From Escherichia coli (lineage in GTDB: Bacteria; Pseudomonadota; Gammaproteobacteria; Enterobacterales; Enterobacteriaceae): 64,000 bases of DNA. Numbering within the stretch: the stretch's first letter is position 1; each line of letters starts with the position of its first letter. The notes below the pieces were generated by a model. The model did no database searches and was not told where the DNA came from. It was given only the letters and a program-made list of their open reading frames with translations. Shown piece after piece: positions 9,377 to 20,783 of the stretch. The stretch lies in the NCBI RefSeq assembly GCF_036507355.1, contig NZ_AP027877.1. One strand, given 5' to 3'. The position numbers and the translations under genes are program-made.

Positions 9377-10093
9377 TTATATCAGCGAGGTCAGAGATGC
9401 CAACCGGGAAATTTCCAGATGCGGCAGTAAACGGCTGTCCCAGGTTTGCATCAGATCGCCATTTTCCGGTCTGATCCAACAAGCCTGCATTCCGCTGCGA
9501 ATTGCCCCACCCACGTCAGTGGTGAGATCGTCCCCGACATGTAAGATCTCGCCGATCGGCACGTTGAGTTTTTCCGCAGCCAGAAAGTACATATCGCTGA
9601 ACGGTTTTGAGCGCCCGTGCGGGCCAGCGCGCAGCACAAACTCAAAATAATCCCCCAAACCAAACAGTTCCGGCTGGGCGTTACCGTTGGTGATCGCCAC
9701 CAGCGGCCATTTCTTCGCCAACTGTTTTAAGGTGTCGTGAGTTTGCTGCGGGACGTCGATTCGGCTGCGCCATTTGGCAAAGTTAATCATTGCTGCGTGT
9801 GCGCCTGCACTGGCTTCTTCGGCACTCAGCCCGGCGTCGAGCATCGCTTGTTCAATCGAACGAAAACGCCAACGCGTCACGTCGTGATAAATCTCGGGTT
9901 CCGCTTCCCGTACCGCCTGGCGCAGGCGTTGCAGATCTTCATTCTGGAAGCTGCGCAGCGCCGGATGATAATTTTGCACAAAGGTAAGCGCCTCTCGCTC
10001 GGTGCGCAAAATCACCGGACGGTTATCGTAAAGGGTATCATCCAGGTCAAAGGTGAGCGCCGAGATGCGCCCCAAAGGCCGGTAAAAACGCAT
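9377..10093 (-). CDS. yigB: HAD-family phosphatase YigB
   Basis: 238-aa ORF with HAD motif FDLDDTLYD near N-terminus. Confidence 0.85.
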
Positions 10094-10989
10094 TATTTCC
10101 CCCGTTTGGCGCGTGGATGCGCCGCATCGTACACCGAGGCAAGGTGTTGAAAATCAAGATGAGTATAGATTTGCGTGGTGGAGAGGTTGGCATGACCCAG
10201 CAGCTCCTGCACACCACGAAGATCGCCGCTCGACTCCAGCATATGCGTAGCGAACGAGTGACGTAATTTATGCGGGTGAACGTGATTATTCAGCCCTTGT
10301 TTTATGCCCCATTCGGCAAAGCGTTTCTGCACATTACGCGCGGAGATACGCTTGCCCAGTTTCGACAGAAAAAGCGCGTCGTCTTCGCTACCAAACAGGT
10401 CGCGCAAATCAAGCCAGTGCTCAATCCACGCCACAGCGTTGCGACCAATCGGCAGGCGGCGCTCTTTGCTGCCTTTCCCCATTACCCACACTTCACCAGA
10501 CTCCAGGTCGAGGTGTTTGATATCCAGCCCCACCAGCTCGGAAAGACGCAGACCCGCGCCGTACATCACTTCCAGCATTGCACGGTCGCGTACAGCGAGG
10601 GGATCGTTGATATCAATATCCAGCAGCCGATTCATATCGTCGACGTCGATGTTTTTCGGCAGATGACGCGGCGCTTTCGGTGCCGAAACACCTTTCGCCG
10701 GGTTAGCTTTGAGTTCGTTCTGGCTGACCAGCCAGTCAAAAAAGCTACGTAGCGCAGAAAGCCGTAACGCGAGGCTTGCTGCTCCCAGCCCTTTACGGCG
10801 ACTGCGTACAGCAAAATTGCGTACCATCGCTGCATCGCATTGTTGCCAGCTTTGCAGGCCGTTTTCGCTGGCAAAATTGATGATCGCCTCAAGCTGACGC
10901 TGGTAGTTAAGTAGGGTTATCGGGCTAAGCTGACGCTCCACGCTCAGATAACGTAGGTAGCGTTCTACATCGGTGTGTAAATCGGTCAT
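10093..10989 (-). CDS. xerC: tyrosine recombinase XerC
   Basis: 298-aa ORF; C-terminal R..HxxR..Y catalytic region ([11 protein letters not shown]...TQIYTH). Confidence 0.95.
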
Positions 10990-11693
10990 ACGCGTTCAAT
11001 CCAACGCTCCAGAAGCTCCGGCAACATCAGCGCAATTTCATGAAGTAACTGCGTTCCCTGCCCTTGTTGATAGTGACTGGCATCGCGACTGGTAAACAGC
11101 ACGACACCCAAATCAGCATCGCTTCCCAGCATCGACATCGCCACCGATCCCACCGCTTTCGCTTCCGGTAGCACCACCAGCAGCTCCGGTCCGTTAAGCG
11201 GCCCAAGATAGTGCTGTTCCTGCCCCAAACGCTGAATACGCAGCGGTTCGAAAGACTGACGGCTTAATGCCAGATGAGTGTGGTTCGACGGCGCACCTAA
11301 GCGCCAGCGATCTGGAAACAGGCGCAGACTCGCACCAGCCAGGCCGAGATCGCGCGCCCAGCGGTGAAAGCGCATCAGCATATCGTCGAGACTGCTGGCG
11401 GCGGTGAGACTGCGCTGCAGGTAGAGTAGGCGATAAAACAGGCCTTCGTTGGCGATAGCCTGTTCCATCAACAGCGCCATGTTCTCTTCCAGAACATGAA
11501 TATGATTACGTGCGCGGGCCATGTGCCACTCGACCAACGAAACGGTGCCGCGTACCGGATGCGGCACACGTATCGCTTCTACTGCGCGCGCATTGCGGAT
11601 AAAAAACTCAGGATTTTTAATCAGATAATCGACAACCGCCCGGTCATCAAGCTCCGTGAGTGTTTCCTGCAGTTCTTCCCCTGGTTGCTTCAT
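10986..11693 (-). CDS. yigA: DUF484-family protein YigA
   Basis: 235-aa ORF overlapping xerC start and dapF stop, operon-like. Confidence 0.8.
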
Positions 11694-12514
11694 AGATGAA
11701 TAAATCCGTCGTAGACATGTACCGCCGGGCCAGTCATATATAACGGGTGACCCGGACCTTTCCAGGCGATATCAAGACGACCGCCGGGGAGTTCCACGCG
11801 TACTTCTTCGGCCAGCAAACCTTGCTGAATCCCTACTGCAACCGCCGCACACGCGCCGCTGCCGCAGGCCTGGGTTTCTCCTGCCCCACGCTCATAAACG
11901 CGTAAACGAATATGCTCGCGCTTAACCACTTGCATAAAACCGATATTGGCTCGCTCCGGAAAACGCTCGTGGCTTTCCAGAACAGGACCAAGCGTTTCTA
12001 CCGCCGCGGTATCGACATCATCGACCTGAATCACGCAATGCGGATTTCCCATCGACACCACGCCGCATAAGATTGTCTGCTCGGCGGCGCGCATAATATA
12101 GGTCTTTTCCGCTTTGTTAGCGCGAAACGGCACAGCGGAAGGTTCGAAGTTGGGTTCGCCCATATTTACGCGGACCAGATCATCATCGGTGACGGTCAGA
12201 ACCATCCGCCCGTTGGCGGTGCTGACGCGGATATCGCGCTTATTGGTCAGCCCTTTCAGGCGCACAAAACGGGCAAAGCAGCGCGCACCGTTGCCGCACT
12301 GCGCCACTTCACTGCCATCAGCATTGAAAATGCGATAGTGAAAATCCAGTTCAGGATCATACGGCGGCTCAACCACCAGCAGCTGGTCAAACCCTACCCC
12401 CAGGTGCCGATCCGCCAGGCGACGAATCAGCTCCGGTGAAAAAAAGACATTCTGCGTTACCGCGTCGACGACCATAAAATCGTTGCCAAGGCCATGCATT
12501 TTCGAGAACTGCAT
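11690..12514 (-). CDS. dapF: diaminopimelate epimerase DapF
   Basis: ORF 11690..12517; native start [17 protein letters not shown]; 274 aa. Confidence 0.95.
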
Positions 12515-12550
12515 CATTTACTCCAATCACGCGGGTACAGAAACTGACTT

Positions 12551-12754
12551 TTAGTAATTCACCTGGGATGGACCATCGCCAGTGGCGCGATCGTTTTTAT
12601 CCGGCACCGTGGATTGCGTTTGCGTCTCTACCGGTTTGGTCGGCGGCGGTGCGTTTTTATCTGCAGGCGGGAAATAGAGCGGACCTTTCAGACCGCAGCC
12701 CGTCAGGCTGAAGAGAGTAAGTAATACAGTGAGTGCCTTAAACACGTTTTTCAT
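12551..12754 (-). CDS. lptM: small lipoprotein LptM (YifL)
   Basis: 67-aa ORF with lipobox LTGC and proline-rich tail. Confidence 0.85.
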   Translation of the reverse strand: MKNVFKALTVLLTLFSLTGCGLKGPLYFPPADKNAPPPTKPVETQTQSTVPDKNDRATGDGPSQVNY

Positions 12755-12942
12755 TATGGATTGCCTGTAAAGTTCATCGCTTTCTGCTTTCTATCATCGC
12801 AGGAGAAGGCGTAAAAGCAAGCGTTTAGCGACTCTTTATGAAGTCTGAAAAGTGAGGAAATGCTGCGAGTATAACGCTTACTCGTGGGGATTTATGTTTT
12901 GCTGGTAGTTTCGTGATCGGCACCTCGCGCCAGGATGGCTTT

Positions 12943-14421
12943 ATGCACTATCGCAATGTGGTTTGTTTGTTGGCTTGTTCGTTGTTTTTATCGTCGGCAT
13001 GGGGATGTCGGCTTTCCGCACCTGAACATAATATTTACCAGAAACAGGGAAAAGGCGTGGTGTACCTGCGCCCTTATAAAGAAACAAATCTTTCTCTACC
13101 TGACGTGAATTACAAGAGTTTGCGTCGGTTACCCAATTTATTAATAGACCCGACAACACTAGACGAATGGGATAAAGAACCGCCTCAGACTGATTTGACA
13201 ACCGACTACCTCTATGAGGGCGCACAGGCCTGGTATCCTCATTATTCCTGGTATAGCGATGGTCGCAATATCCTCTACGCGGGTGAAGTTGTGCAAAACC
13301 CTCCCGGCACACCTCCCGTCGATGTCGCCTCGTTCAAGGCATGGGGTGATTTTGCTGCAGATAAACACAGTCTCTATTTTGAAGGCAAGCGCACCGATGA
13401 CAATGGTGGGAGAAATAGCTTAGATATCAAAACGCTGCATCAGGTGGAATTCCGGCCTCCCTGGGCTCCTGACTTACTGGGGCTGATATTACGTGACGCT
13501 AATTTCTTGTATATCAATGGGCATCGCCTCGCTGACCCCGAGAGTTTCCGTGTGCTGGCGCAGAAGTCCTGGGATCAGCGAGGAAAGTTTTCCACCACGT
13601 TTAACCCCTGCGTTGCCGTACCATTCGGCCCCTGGGATACCCTGGCTCGTACACGGACCAAAATCCTGATCAACGGCGAACAGCTTGATGCCGACCCGGA
13701 CACCTTTTCCGTCGTGCGCTGGATGCCCGGCTCACTCTTGACCTGGCGTGATAAAAACGGGCTACAGCGTAAAGTCCTCGACAAGGAAAATCTGGCGTGG
13801 GATGAGGATTTAACAAAGCACTGTCTGGATTTTTCTCTGCTGGAAAAGAAAGTGTTCTGGCGTCAGGGGCCTGACTGTAAACAGGAAGAATTACCGGGAC
13901 TCGATCCGGAACAGTTTCACCCCATCAGTGATGCTGTCGCACAGTATCAGGACTCGCTTTATACCATCATCGAAACAGAGTCTGGTGACCGCAAGCTGGA
14001 GATCGTGAAACTTGATGATCCCAATCTTATTATCAACAAACGTTTCAACGCCGGGAAACGCCACGGCTATTTACTTACGCGTGCCGAAGGGTGGCCATAC
14101 CATTCCGGTTTACACGTGTTTGAATCTGACGGACCGCTGATCTTACTGGATAACCGCTCTCCGGATGAACGCGAAGCCCATCTTAATGACCATCCCTTTT
14201 TGCGCAGATGGTATGCCCGCGATAACCGCTACGTTTACAGCTTTGATGGCGCGCAGCTCTGGCGATACCGCACCGCGGATCCGAAACAAGTTCGCTTAAT
14301 CTGGAAGGAACAACATTCGGGATATGGCTACGGGGTAAATTACAAAACGGGATATCTGGACGGAAAAATTACCGATGACGGCGAATTTATTCCTGCCCCG
14401 CGCAATGAGGCGACAAAATGA
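12943..14421 (+). CDS. secreted repeat protein, paralog A (DKNYY-like repeats); accessory
   Basis: ORF 12913..14421; ATG at 12943 with AGGA upstream; hydrophobic N-terminus; motifs DKHSLYF, DANFLYI, DNRYVYSF; strong similarity to downstream paralog. Confidence 0.6.
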   Translation: MHYRNVVCLLACSLFLSSAWGCRLSAPEHNIYQKQGKGVVYLRPYKETNLSLPDVNYKSLRRLPNLLIDPTTLDEWDKEPPQTDLTTDYLYEGAQAWYPHYSWYSDGRNILYAGEVVQNPPGTPPVDVASFKAWGDFAADKHSLYFEGKRTDDNGGRNSLDIKTLHQVEFRPPWAPDLLGLILRDANFLYINGHRLADPESFRVLAQKSWDQRGKFSTTFNPCVAVPFGPWDTLARTRTKILINGEQLDADPDTFSVVRWMPGSLLTWRDKNGLQRKVLDKENLAWDEDLTKHCLDFSLLEKKVFWRQGPDCKQEELPGLDPEQFHPISDAVAQYQDSLYTIIETESGDRKLEIVKLDDPNLIINKRFNAGKRHGYLLTRAEGWPYHSGLHVFESDGPLILLDNRSPDEREAHLNDHPFLRRWYARDNRYVYSFDGAQLWRYRTADPKQVRLIWKEQHSGYGYGVNYKTGYLDGKITDDGEFIPAPRNEATK

Positions 14422-15743
14422 ATGGTCAAATAATCACTGTTGCACTCATCCTGTTGGGGCACATATTTCTGACGCCTGCTGTACAGGCCATAGGGTTCGA
14501 CTATTACAATGATCACGGTGTTATGTCTTACGGTAAAGGTTATGGGGAGGATGAGAAAATCATTGCCCAATTTCCGAAGATGAACAGAGCCGATTTGCGC
14601 CTTGTGACAAATATATCCGGGGAGCGGGAGTTAGTGGAAGGCTATATACCCACCGATGAAATAAGCATAAAAAATGAGGAATACCACTGGGTGACAGACG
14701 GCCGCGTTATTCTCTGGCGTGGCAAAATCGTTAGCAATCCACCGGGAACACCCACTGTCGATATTGCCAGCTTTCAGGCTATGGGCCGCTTCGCGGTCGA
14801 TAAATATAGCCTCTATTTTGATGGACAGCGCACCGAAAGTAATAGCGGCGCGTCACGTGTTGATCTGGCGACACTAAAAGCTATCGAAGGTAACTCTACC
14901 ACGCTGGTGGATAGTAAAAATCTCTATTTGTCCGGTCGACGTCAGGGGAGCAGCAGTAATGTTACTGTATTAGAAAAAAGATGGTGGGGTATTAATCCAC
15001 GTCTTATGAGTGTAAACAGAAATTTGTATTCCAATGATCTGCTTATCCGCAGTGGGCAGAATATTTATTTAAATGCCGTTCACCTTACAGCGAATGCAGA
15101 CTCATTTGAGATAATTCGCTGGATATCTCATTCACTGCTGGTTTTTCGCGACAATAAGGGTCTGCATCGTTATCCCTTTGGGCAATTGTCTGGCAAAGCG
15201 ATACCCGTAGATGATGACGTCTCTTTTGAAGTAGGGGAAAGTCGCGTTCGCTGGCGTAAACAGCTCACGCCCGACCGTCAGTGGAGCAAGTGGATAGACC
15301 TACCAGGTATTGAACCTGAACAATTTCATCTGATTACTGGCAATATTGCGCAATATAAAGATCGGTTGTATGTAACAAAATTATCGACATTTGGTGAAGA
15401 CCAGCTTGAGATAATCCCGCTGGATACGCCAGACCTGGTCATTGATCACTCATTTAATAGCGGCAAACAGCATGCTTATTTTATCCGCCAATTACGGTCA
15501 AAGAGCGTGCAAATTATTCCAGTTAACGGTCCGCTAACTAAAAACGATCGCTTCGCTTATGACGATCGCAATGTTTATACATGGACCGATACAGAGGTAA
15601 GGATTACACCCTCCCCCTGCCCGGCGAAAACACGCGTCAGAGAAGAGAATGTGCGCGAACTTCACAACAGAGACATTATTATTCCGTTGACGGATGAATC
15701 ATGCCGTAACGCAGCCGCAGAGGTGCAAACTTTGAAGCCCTGA
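14418..15743 (+). CDS. secreted repeat protein, paralog B (DKNYY-like repeats); accessory
   Basis: 441-aa ORF; signal peptide ending AVQA; ATGA overlap with paralog A; shared blocks NPPGTP.VD.ASF and EPEQFH..IAQY.D.LY. Confidence 0.6.
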   Translation: MNGQIITVALILLGHIFLTPAVQAIGFDYYNDHGVMSYGKGYGEDEKIIAQFPKMNRADLRLVTNISGERELVEGYIPTDEISIKNEEYHWVTDGRVILWRGKIVSNPPGTPTVDIASFQAMGRFAVDKYSLYFDGQRTESNSGASRVDLATLKAIEGNSTTLVDSKNLYLSGRRQGSSSNVTVLEKRWWGINPRLMSVNRNLYSNDLLIRSGQNIYLNAVHLTANADSFEIIRWISHSLLVFRDNKGLHRYPFGQLSGKAIPVDDDVSFEVGESRVRWRKQLTPDRQWSKWIDLPGIEPEQFHLITGNIAQYKDRLYVTKLSTFGEDQLEIIPLDTPDLVIDHSFNSGKQHAYFIRQLRSKSVQIIPVNGPLTKNDRFAYDDRNVYTWTDTEVRITPSPCPAKTRVREENVRELHNRDIIIPLTDESCRNAAAEVQTLKP

Positions 15744-15790
15744 CCCCATGCCGCTATACTGCCGCCATCACTTAAAAACAGGATACAACA

Positions 15791-16111
15791 ATGAACGACA
15801 GTGAATTTCATCGCCTGGCTGATCAACTGTGGCTGACCATTGAAGAGCGTCTGGACGACTGGGATGGCGACAGCGATATCGACTGCGAAATCAACGGCGG
15901 CGTGCTGACCATTACCTTTGAGAATGGCAGCAAAATCATTATCAACCGCCAGGAACCGCTGCACCAGGTATGGCTGGCAACCAAACAAGGCGGCTACCAT
16001 TTTGATCTGAAAGGCGATGAGTGGATTTGCGATCGCAGCGGCGAAACCTTCTGGGATTTGCTGGAACAGGCGGCGACGCAGCAGGCGGGTGAAACAGTCA
16101 GTTTCCGCTAA
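15791..16111 (+). CDS. cyaY: frataxin-like iron-binding protein CyaY
   Basis: 106-aa ORF matching remembered CyaY ([14 protein letters not shown]...). Confidence 0.95.
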
Positions 16112-16150
16112 GATTGCATGCCGGATAAGCCTCGCTTTCCGGCACGTTCA

Positions 16151-18697
16151 TCACGAAAAATACTGCTGTAATAGCGGCGTATCGTGATCCTGATTGGCAG
16201 GCGGCATGTTACCGATAGATTTTGTGCGGAACGGAATCACCTGTTCACGACCATCAACCTTCACAATCTGATAGAACTGCGGCAGGTTGAAGTTGATGAA
16301 GCTTGAGCCGTAGGTAAAACGGTCATGCGATGACGAGTAGAAGCGACTGACGTCACGTACCAGCTCCTCTTTGCTGCCTTCGCAGTGGTGATACACCTCA
16401 ACCCGGTTGCTTTCGTCGAGAATGTAGATATTAAAGCCATTCTCGTCTTGCGTTTCTTCGAAAAAGAACTGGATGATCCCTTCGCTGGCAAAGCCGTCCA
16501 CCACCGCCGGTAATTTGACGTGATTGGTTTCAACCTGCACTGACAGGCCGTGCAGTTTGTTATGCGAAATCGCGCCATAAAACTCGATGGCGTTTTCCAG
16601 TTTCTGTACCGATACATTCAGGCGTTCGAAGAACAACCCCCAGGTTTGACCAGAAACGCGCAGCGCCTTGAAACGCCCGGTTTCCTGGCGGGTGCTGGAA
16701 AGGCGCAGTTCAATACACTCAGAAACCAGTTGCTGCACGCGAGTACGGATTAACCCGCGCAGATGCTGGCTATAACAGAAGACTTCCACGCTATCTGGCG
16801 GTGCGGCGTCCTGATGCATTTTGCCGAGAATAGTTTTCAGGGCTTCGATCATCGATTGCTCGCCGTTGAAGTGCAGCGTACGCACTTCGTTCCACGAGTT
16901 GCGGTACAGCAGGTCAACGCTACCTACCAGGCAATTTTGATTCTCGCCAAAGCTGAAGACATCCAGCTTACGGAAATCGAAATGCACCACCTGATTGCGG
17001 AACGCAGCTGTCGGGTCATATTCCAGGTTAACGATAATCGCCAGATGGCGGATCTCACACGGACTGTAGAGCGCCTTCGGTGTCGGTGCAGGTAAGCGCA
17101 GCGGGAAATGGTGCGACACGTCGGCGACCATCTCCTGCAACTTAGGCAAATCGACAATGCCGTTACCTTTAATATACAAGCGGGTGCGCGAGGTCAGCAG
17201 GCCGTTAAACCATGCCCACGCCACCAGTTTATTCAGGTAACGGTTATATTCCAGCGGCTGATGGCTGATGATCGACTCAATATTTGGCGCGCGGTTATAC
17301 AGATACCAACCTGAACGGTTAGCACGGCCCGGCGGCACATAAATAAAGGTCAGATTCGGTTCCGAGAGATCGGGCGAAATCTGCGGGTTTACCAGCGTCA
17401 CTTTACCTGGCAATGCTTCAAACGCGGCATACAGTTTACGCGTCAGTACGCCGATATCCTGCGGACTGGCGGAGACGCTAAGGTTATTGCGACGCGCAAA
17501 GCGGATCAGATTACGGTAGCTCTGCATCATCGCGTCGAGCAGCTCGTTGTGCGCCTCACGCACCTGATCAATCTTCCAGTTAGCACGGTTATCGAGCATT
17601 GCCAGACGAGCTTCGTCCCAACCCCACTCGCTCACTAACTGGCTCAACACTGCGCGACGCCAGCCTACGCAGGCGCGTTCACGGCTGAGCTTTTCGCACA
17701 CTTTTAAATAGAAGCAGCGACGTACTAAATCCAGACGGGTAAAATCTTCAATCGCCGTCAGGTATTCAGTAACACGCTCCAGCATCATGCAGTATGGATC
17801 GAGGCCAAACGATACAATCTCGCCATCGTGCAAACGCTGTTTGATATCTTTCGCCAGCAGACGTGGGTTCGGGTATTCCCAGGAATAGGCTTCCAGCAGC
17901 AGTGTTTTCAGCACCGCTTTGTATGGGGAATCGATACTCTTGTAGAGCTGCCAAAGGCTGGCACCAAAGTACTCTTCAGCAGAAAGCGAGCTTAAGCCAC
18001 CGAGATCCAGCCATTCATTTGGCGTCAGCACGCCCTGCGCGTAAAGCGTCATCACATAGTCGTCGTAATGCTCTTCTTCGTCGCACGGCACCATATTCCA
18101 CAGAATACGCTTACCGGCGAGACGCACGGCGGTACGATAAAATTCGTCAAGCAACAGTATATGCTGGGTGGAGCCACAATCTTCGCCCCCCAGACTGCCA
18201 CTTTCATTATGACGGAAACGGTTTTCATCAATCAGGAAGAAGCTGACTTCCACACCCAGCGAGGCGGCCCAGCTTTCCAGCAGACTACATTTACGTTGTA
18301 GCAACTGGCGCTCTTCGCTATCGAGCCAGGATTGATGACAGACCCAGATATCCAGGTCAGAGGAACAACTTTGCCCTACGGACGAGGTGCTGCCCATGGT
18401 GTATACACCAGTAATTGGAAGCTCACCTTTCGGCGGGTCCTGTACTGACATTCCACGATACAGTTCAAGCTCGTTCAGGTAGTGGCGTTGAGTTTCATCA
18501 GGCGTGTAAAGGCAAATGCCTTTGGGAACGTTACCATCAAGGTAACCCGGCATTAGCGGATGGTGATAGTGCAACAATGTCGGCAGTAGACTGTAGACCT
18601 GTTGGAATGCAGGCCCCATAGCAGCAAGCGCGCGATCCACTCGCAATTGATTTATGGCATCCAGTCTCTGTTTCAGAGTCTCAATATAGAGGTACAA
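16151..18697 (-). CDS. cyaA: adenylate cyclase CyaA (TTG start)
   Basis: 848-aa ORF beginning [17 protein letters not shown]; initiation codon reads TTG, as known for cyaA. Confidence 0.95.
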   Translation of the reverse strand: MYLYIETLKQRLDAINQLRVDRALAAMGPAFQQVYSLLPTLLHYHHPLMPGYLDGNVPKGICLYTPDETQRHYLNELELYRGMSVQDPPKGELPITGVYTMGSTSSVGQSCSSDLDIWVCHQSWLDSEERQLLQRKCSLLESWAASLGVEVSFFLIDENRFRHNESGSLGGEDCGSTQHILLLDEFYRTAVRLAGKRILWNMVPCDEEEHYDDYVMTLYAQGVLTPNEWLDLGGLSSLSAEEYFGASLWQLYKSIDSPYKAVLKTLLLEAYSWEYPNPRLLAKDIKQRLHDGEIVSFGLDPYCMMLERVTEYLTAIEDFTRLDLVRRCFYLKVCEKLSRERACVGWRRAVLSQLVSEWGWDEARLAMLDNRANWKIDQVREAHNELLDAMMQSYRNLIRFARRNNLSVSASPQDIGVLTRKLYAAFEALPGKVTLVNPQISPDLSEPNLTFIYVPPGRANRSGWYLYNRAPNIESIISHQPLEYNRYLNKLVAWAWFNGLLTSRTRLYIKGNGIVDLPKLQEMVADVSHHFPLRLPAPTPKALYSPCEIRHLAIIVNLEYDPTAAFRNQVVHFDFRKLDVFSFGENQNCLVGSVDLLYRNSWNEVRTLHFNGEQSMIEALKTILGKMHQDAAPPDSVEVFCYSQHLRGLIRTRVQQLVSECIELRLSSTRQETGRFKALRVSGQTWGLFFERLNVSVQKLENAIEFYGAISHNKLHGLSVQVETNHVKLPAVVDGFASEGIIQFFFEETQDENGFNIYILDESNRVEVYHHCEGSKEELVRDVSRFYSSSHDRFTYGSSFINFNLPQFYQIVKVDGREQVIPFRTKSIGNMPPANQDHDTPLLQQYFS

Positions 18698-19083
18698 GAC
18701 GTATCGCCTGATTTGCTACCCGTCATGACTGTGATTCCGCCAACATCAACGGTAACACGCGGCATTCGGGATATTTCGTATGTCAAAGGTAACCGTTACC
18801 ACTTTTCGCGCCTGGTTTTTTTAGTTTCACGACGAAAAAATGGTCTAAAACGTGATCAATTTAACACCTTGCTGATTGACCGTAAAGAAAGATGCGCTAC
18901 ATACAAGTGTAGCACCGTTTATTCTCTGTAAATTCCTTATTACGACGGCGTGAAACGCCTGTCAGGATCCACTGCCAGACCTCATTTTACGGTTTGCGCA
19001 GGCGTCTACGTTTCACCACAACACTGACATCACTCTGGCAAGGATGTTAGGATGGACCACGGATGATAATGACGGTAACAAGC

Positions 19084-20025
19084 ATGTTAGACAATGTTTT
19101 AAGAATTGCCACACGCCAAAGCCCACTTGCACTCTGGCAGGCACACTATGTCAAAGACAAGTTGATGGCGAGCCATCCGGGCCTGGTCGTTGAACTGGTA
19201 CCGATGGTGACGCGCGGCGATGTGATTCTTGATACGCCGCTGGCGAAAGTAGGCGGAAAAGGCTTATTTGTAAAAGAGCTGGAAGTCGCGCTCCTCGAAA
19301 ATCGCGCCGATATCGCCGTACACTCAATGAAAGATGTGCCGGTTGAATTCCCACAAGGTCTGGGACTGGTCACTATTTGTGAGCGTGAAGATCCTCGCGA
19401 TGCCTTTGTGTCCAATAACTATGACAGTCTGGATGCGTTACCGGCAGGCAGTATCGTCGGGACGTCCAGTTTACGTCGCCAGTGCCAACTGGCTGAACGC
19501 CGCCCGGATCTGATTATCCGCTCCCTGCGCGGCAACGTCGGCACTCGCCTGAGCAAACTGGATAACGGCGAATACGATGCCATCATTCTTGCCGTAGCCG
19601 GACTAAAACGTTTAGGTCTGGAGTCCCGCATTCGCGCCGCGTTGCCACCCGAGATTTCTCTTCCGGCGGTAGGGCAAGGTGCGGTGGGCATTGAATGCCG
19701 CCTTGATGATGCACACACTCGCGAGCTGCTCGCCGCGCTGAATCACCACGAAACTGCACTGCGCGTTACCGCCGAACGCGCCATGAATACCCGTCTCGAA
19801 GGCGGATGTCAGGTGCCAATTGGTAGCTACGCCGAGCTTATTGATGGCGAAATCTGGCTGCGTGCGCTGGTCGGCGCGCCGGACGGCTCGCAGATTATTC
19901 GCGGTGAACGCCGCGGTGCGCCGCAAGATGCCGAACAAATGGGGATTTCGCTGGCAGAAGAGCTACTGAATAACGGCGCGCGCGAGATTCTCGCTGAAGT
20001 CTATAACGGAGACGCCCCGGCATGA
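19084..20025 (+). CDS. hemC: porphobilinogen deaminase HemC
   Basis: ORF 19063..20025; native start [19 protein letters not shown]. Confidence 0.95.
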   Translation: MLDNVLRIATRQSPLALWQAHYVKDKLMASHPGLVVELVPMVTRGDVILDTPLAKVGGKGLFVKELEVALLENRADIAVHSMKDVPVEFPQGLGLVTICEREDPRDAFVSNNYDSLDALPAGSIVGTSSLRRQCQLAERRPDLIIRSLRGNVGTRLSKLDNGEYDAIILAVAGLKRLGLESRIRAALPPEISLPAVGQGAVGIECRLDDAHTRELLAALNHHETALRVTAERAMNTRLEGGCQVPIGSYAELIDGEIWLRALVGAPDGSQIIRGERRGAPQDAEQMGISLAEELLNNGAREILAEVYNGDAPA

Positions 20026-20762
20026 GTATCCTGGTCACCCGCCCGTCTCCCGCTGGAGAAGAGTTAGTGAGCCGTCTGCGCACACTGGGGCAGGTGGCCT
20101 GGCATTTTCCGCTGATTGAGTTTTCTCCGGGTCAACAATTACCGCAACTTGCTGATCAACTGGCAGCGCTGGGGGAGAGCGATCTGTTGTTTGCCCTCTC
20201 GCAACACGCGGTTGCTTTTGCCCAATCACAGCTACATCAGCAAGATCGTAAATGGCCCCGACTACCTAATTATTTCGCCATTGGACGCACCACCGCACTG
20301 GCACTACATACCGTAAGCGGACAGAAGATTCTCTACCCGCAGGATCGGGAAATCAGCGAAGTCTTGCTACAATTACCTGAATTACAAAATATTGCGGGCA
20401 AACGTGCGCTGATATTACGTGGCAATGGCGGTCGTGAGCTAATTGGGGATACCCTGACGGCGCGCGGTGCTGAGGTCACTTTTTGTGAATGTTATCAACG
20501 ATGCGCAATCCATTACGATGGTGCAGAAGAAGCGATGCGCTGGCAATCCCGCGAGGTGACGACGGTCGTTGTTACCAGCGGTGAAATGTTGCAGCAACTC
20601 TGGTCGCTGATCCCACAATGGTATCGTGAGCACTGGTTACTACACTGTCGACTATTGGTCGTCAGTGAGCGTTTGGCGAAACTCGCCCGGGAACTGGGCT
20701 GGCAAGACATTAAGGTCGCCGATAACGCTGACAACGATGCGCTTTTACGGGCATTACAATAA
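20022..20762 (+). CDS. hemD: uroporphyrinogen-III synthase HemD
   Basis: 246-aa ORF overlapping hemC stop. Confidence 0.9.
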   Translation: MSILVTRPSPAGEELVSRLRTLGQVAWHFPLIEFSPGQQLPQLADQLAALGESDLLFALSQHAVAFAQSQLHQQDRKWPRLPNYFAIGRTTALALHTVSGQKILYPQDREISEVLLQLPELQNIAGKRALILRGNGGRELIGDTLTARGAEVTFCECYQRCAIHYDGAEEAMRWQSREVTTVVVTSGEMLQQLWSLIPQWYREHWLLHCRLLVVSERLAKLARELGWQDIKVADNADNDALLRALQ

Positions 20763-20783
20763 CTCTCATAACAGGAAGCCATA

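Noticed and set aside
7101-9650. Several 60-220 aa ORFs on the + strand inside or antisense to uvrD and yigB (e.g. 7101..7619, 8988..9650)
   Set aside because: They lie fully within well-supported genes on the opposite strand or in other frames, and have Arg/Ala-rich composition typical of spurious antisense ORFs in GC-rich coding DNA
12913-12942. Alternative GTG start extending paralog A by 10 codons (MIGTSRQDGF)
   Set aside because: The ATG at 12943 has a better-placed AGGA Shine-Dalgarno and starts the hydrophobic signal-like segment directly; the extension adds a charged N-terminus atypical of signal peptides
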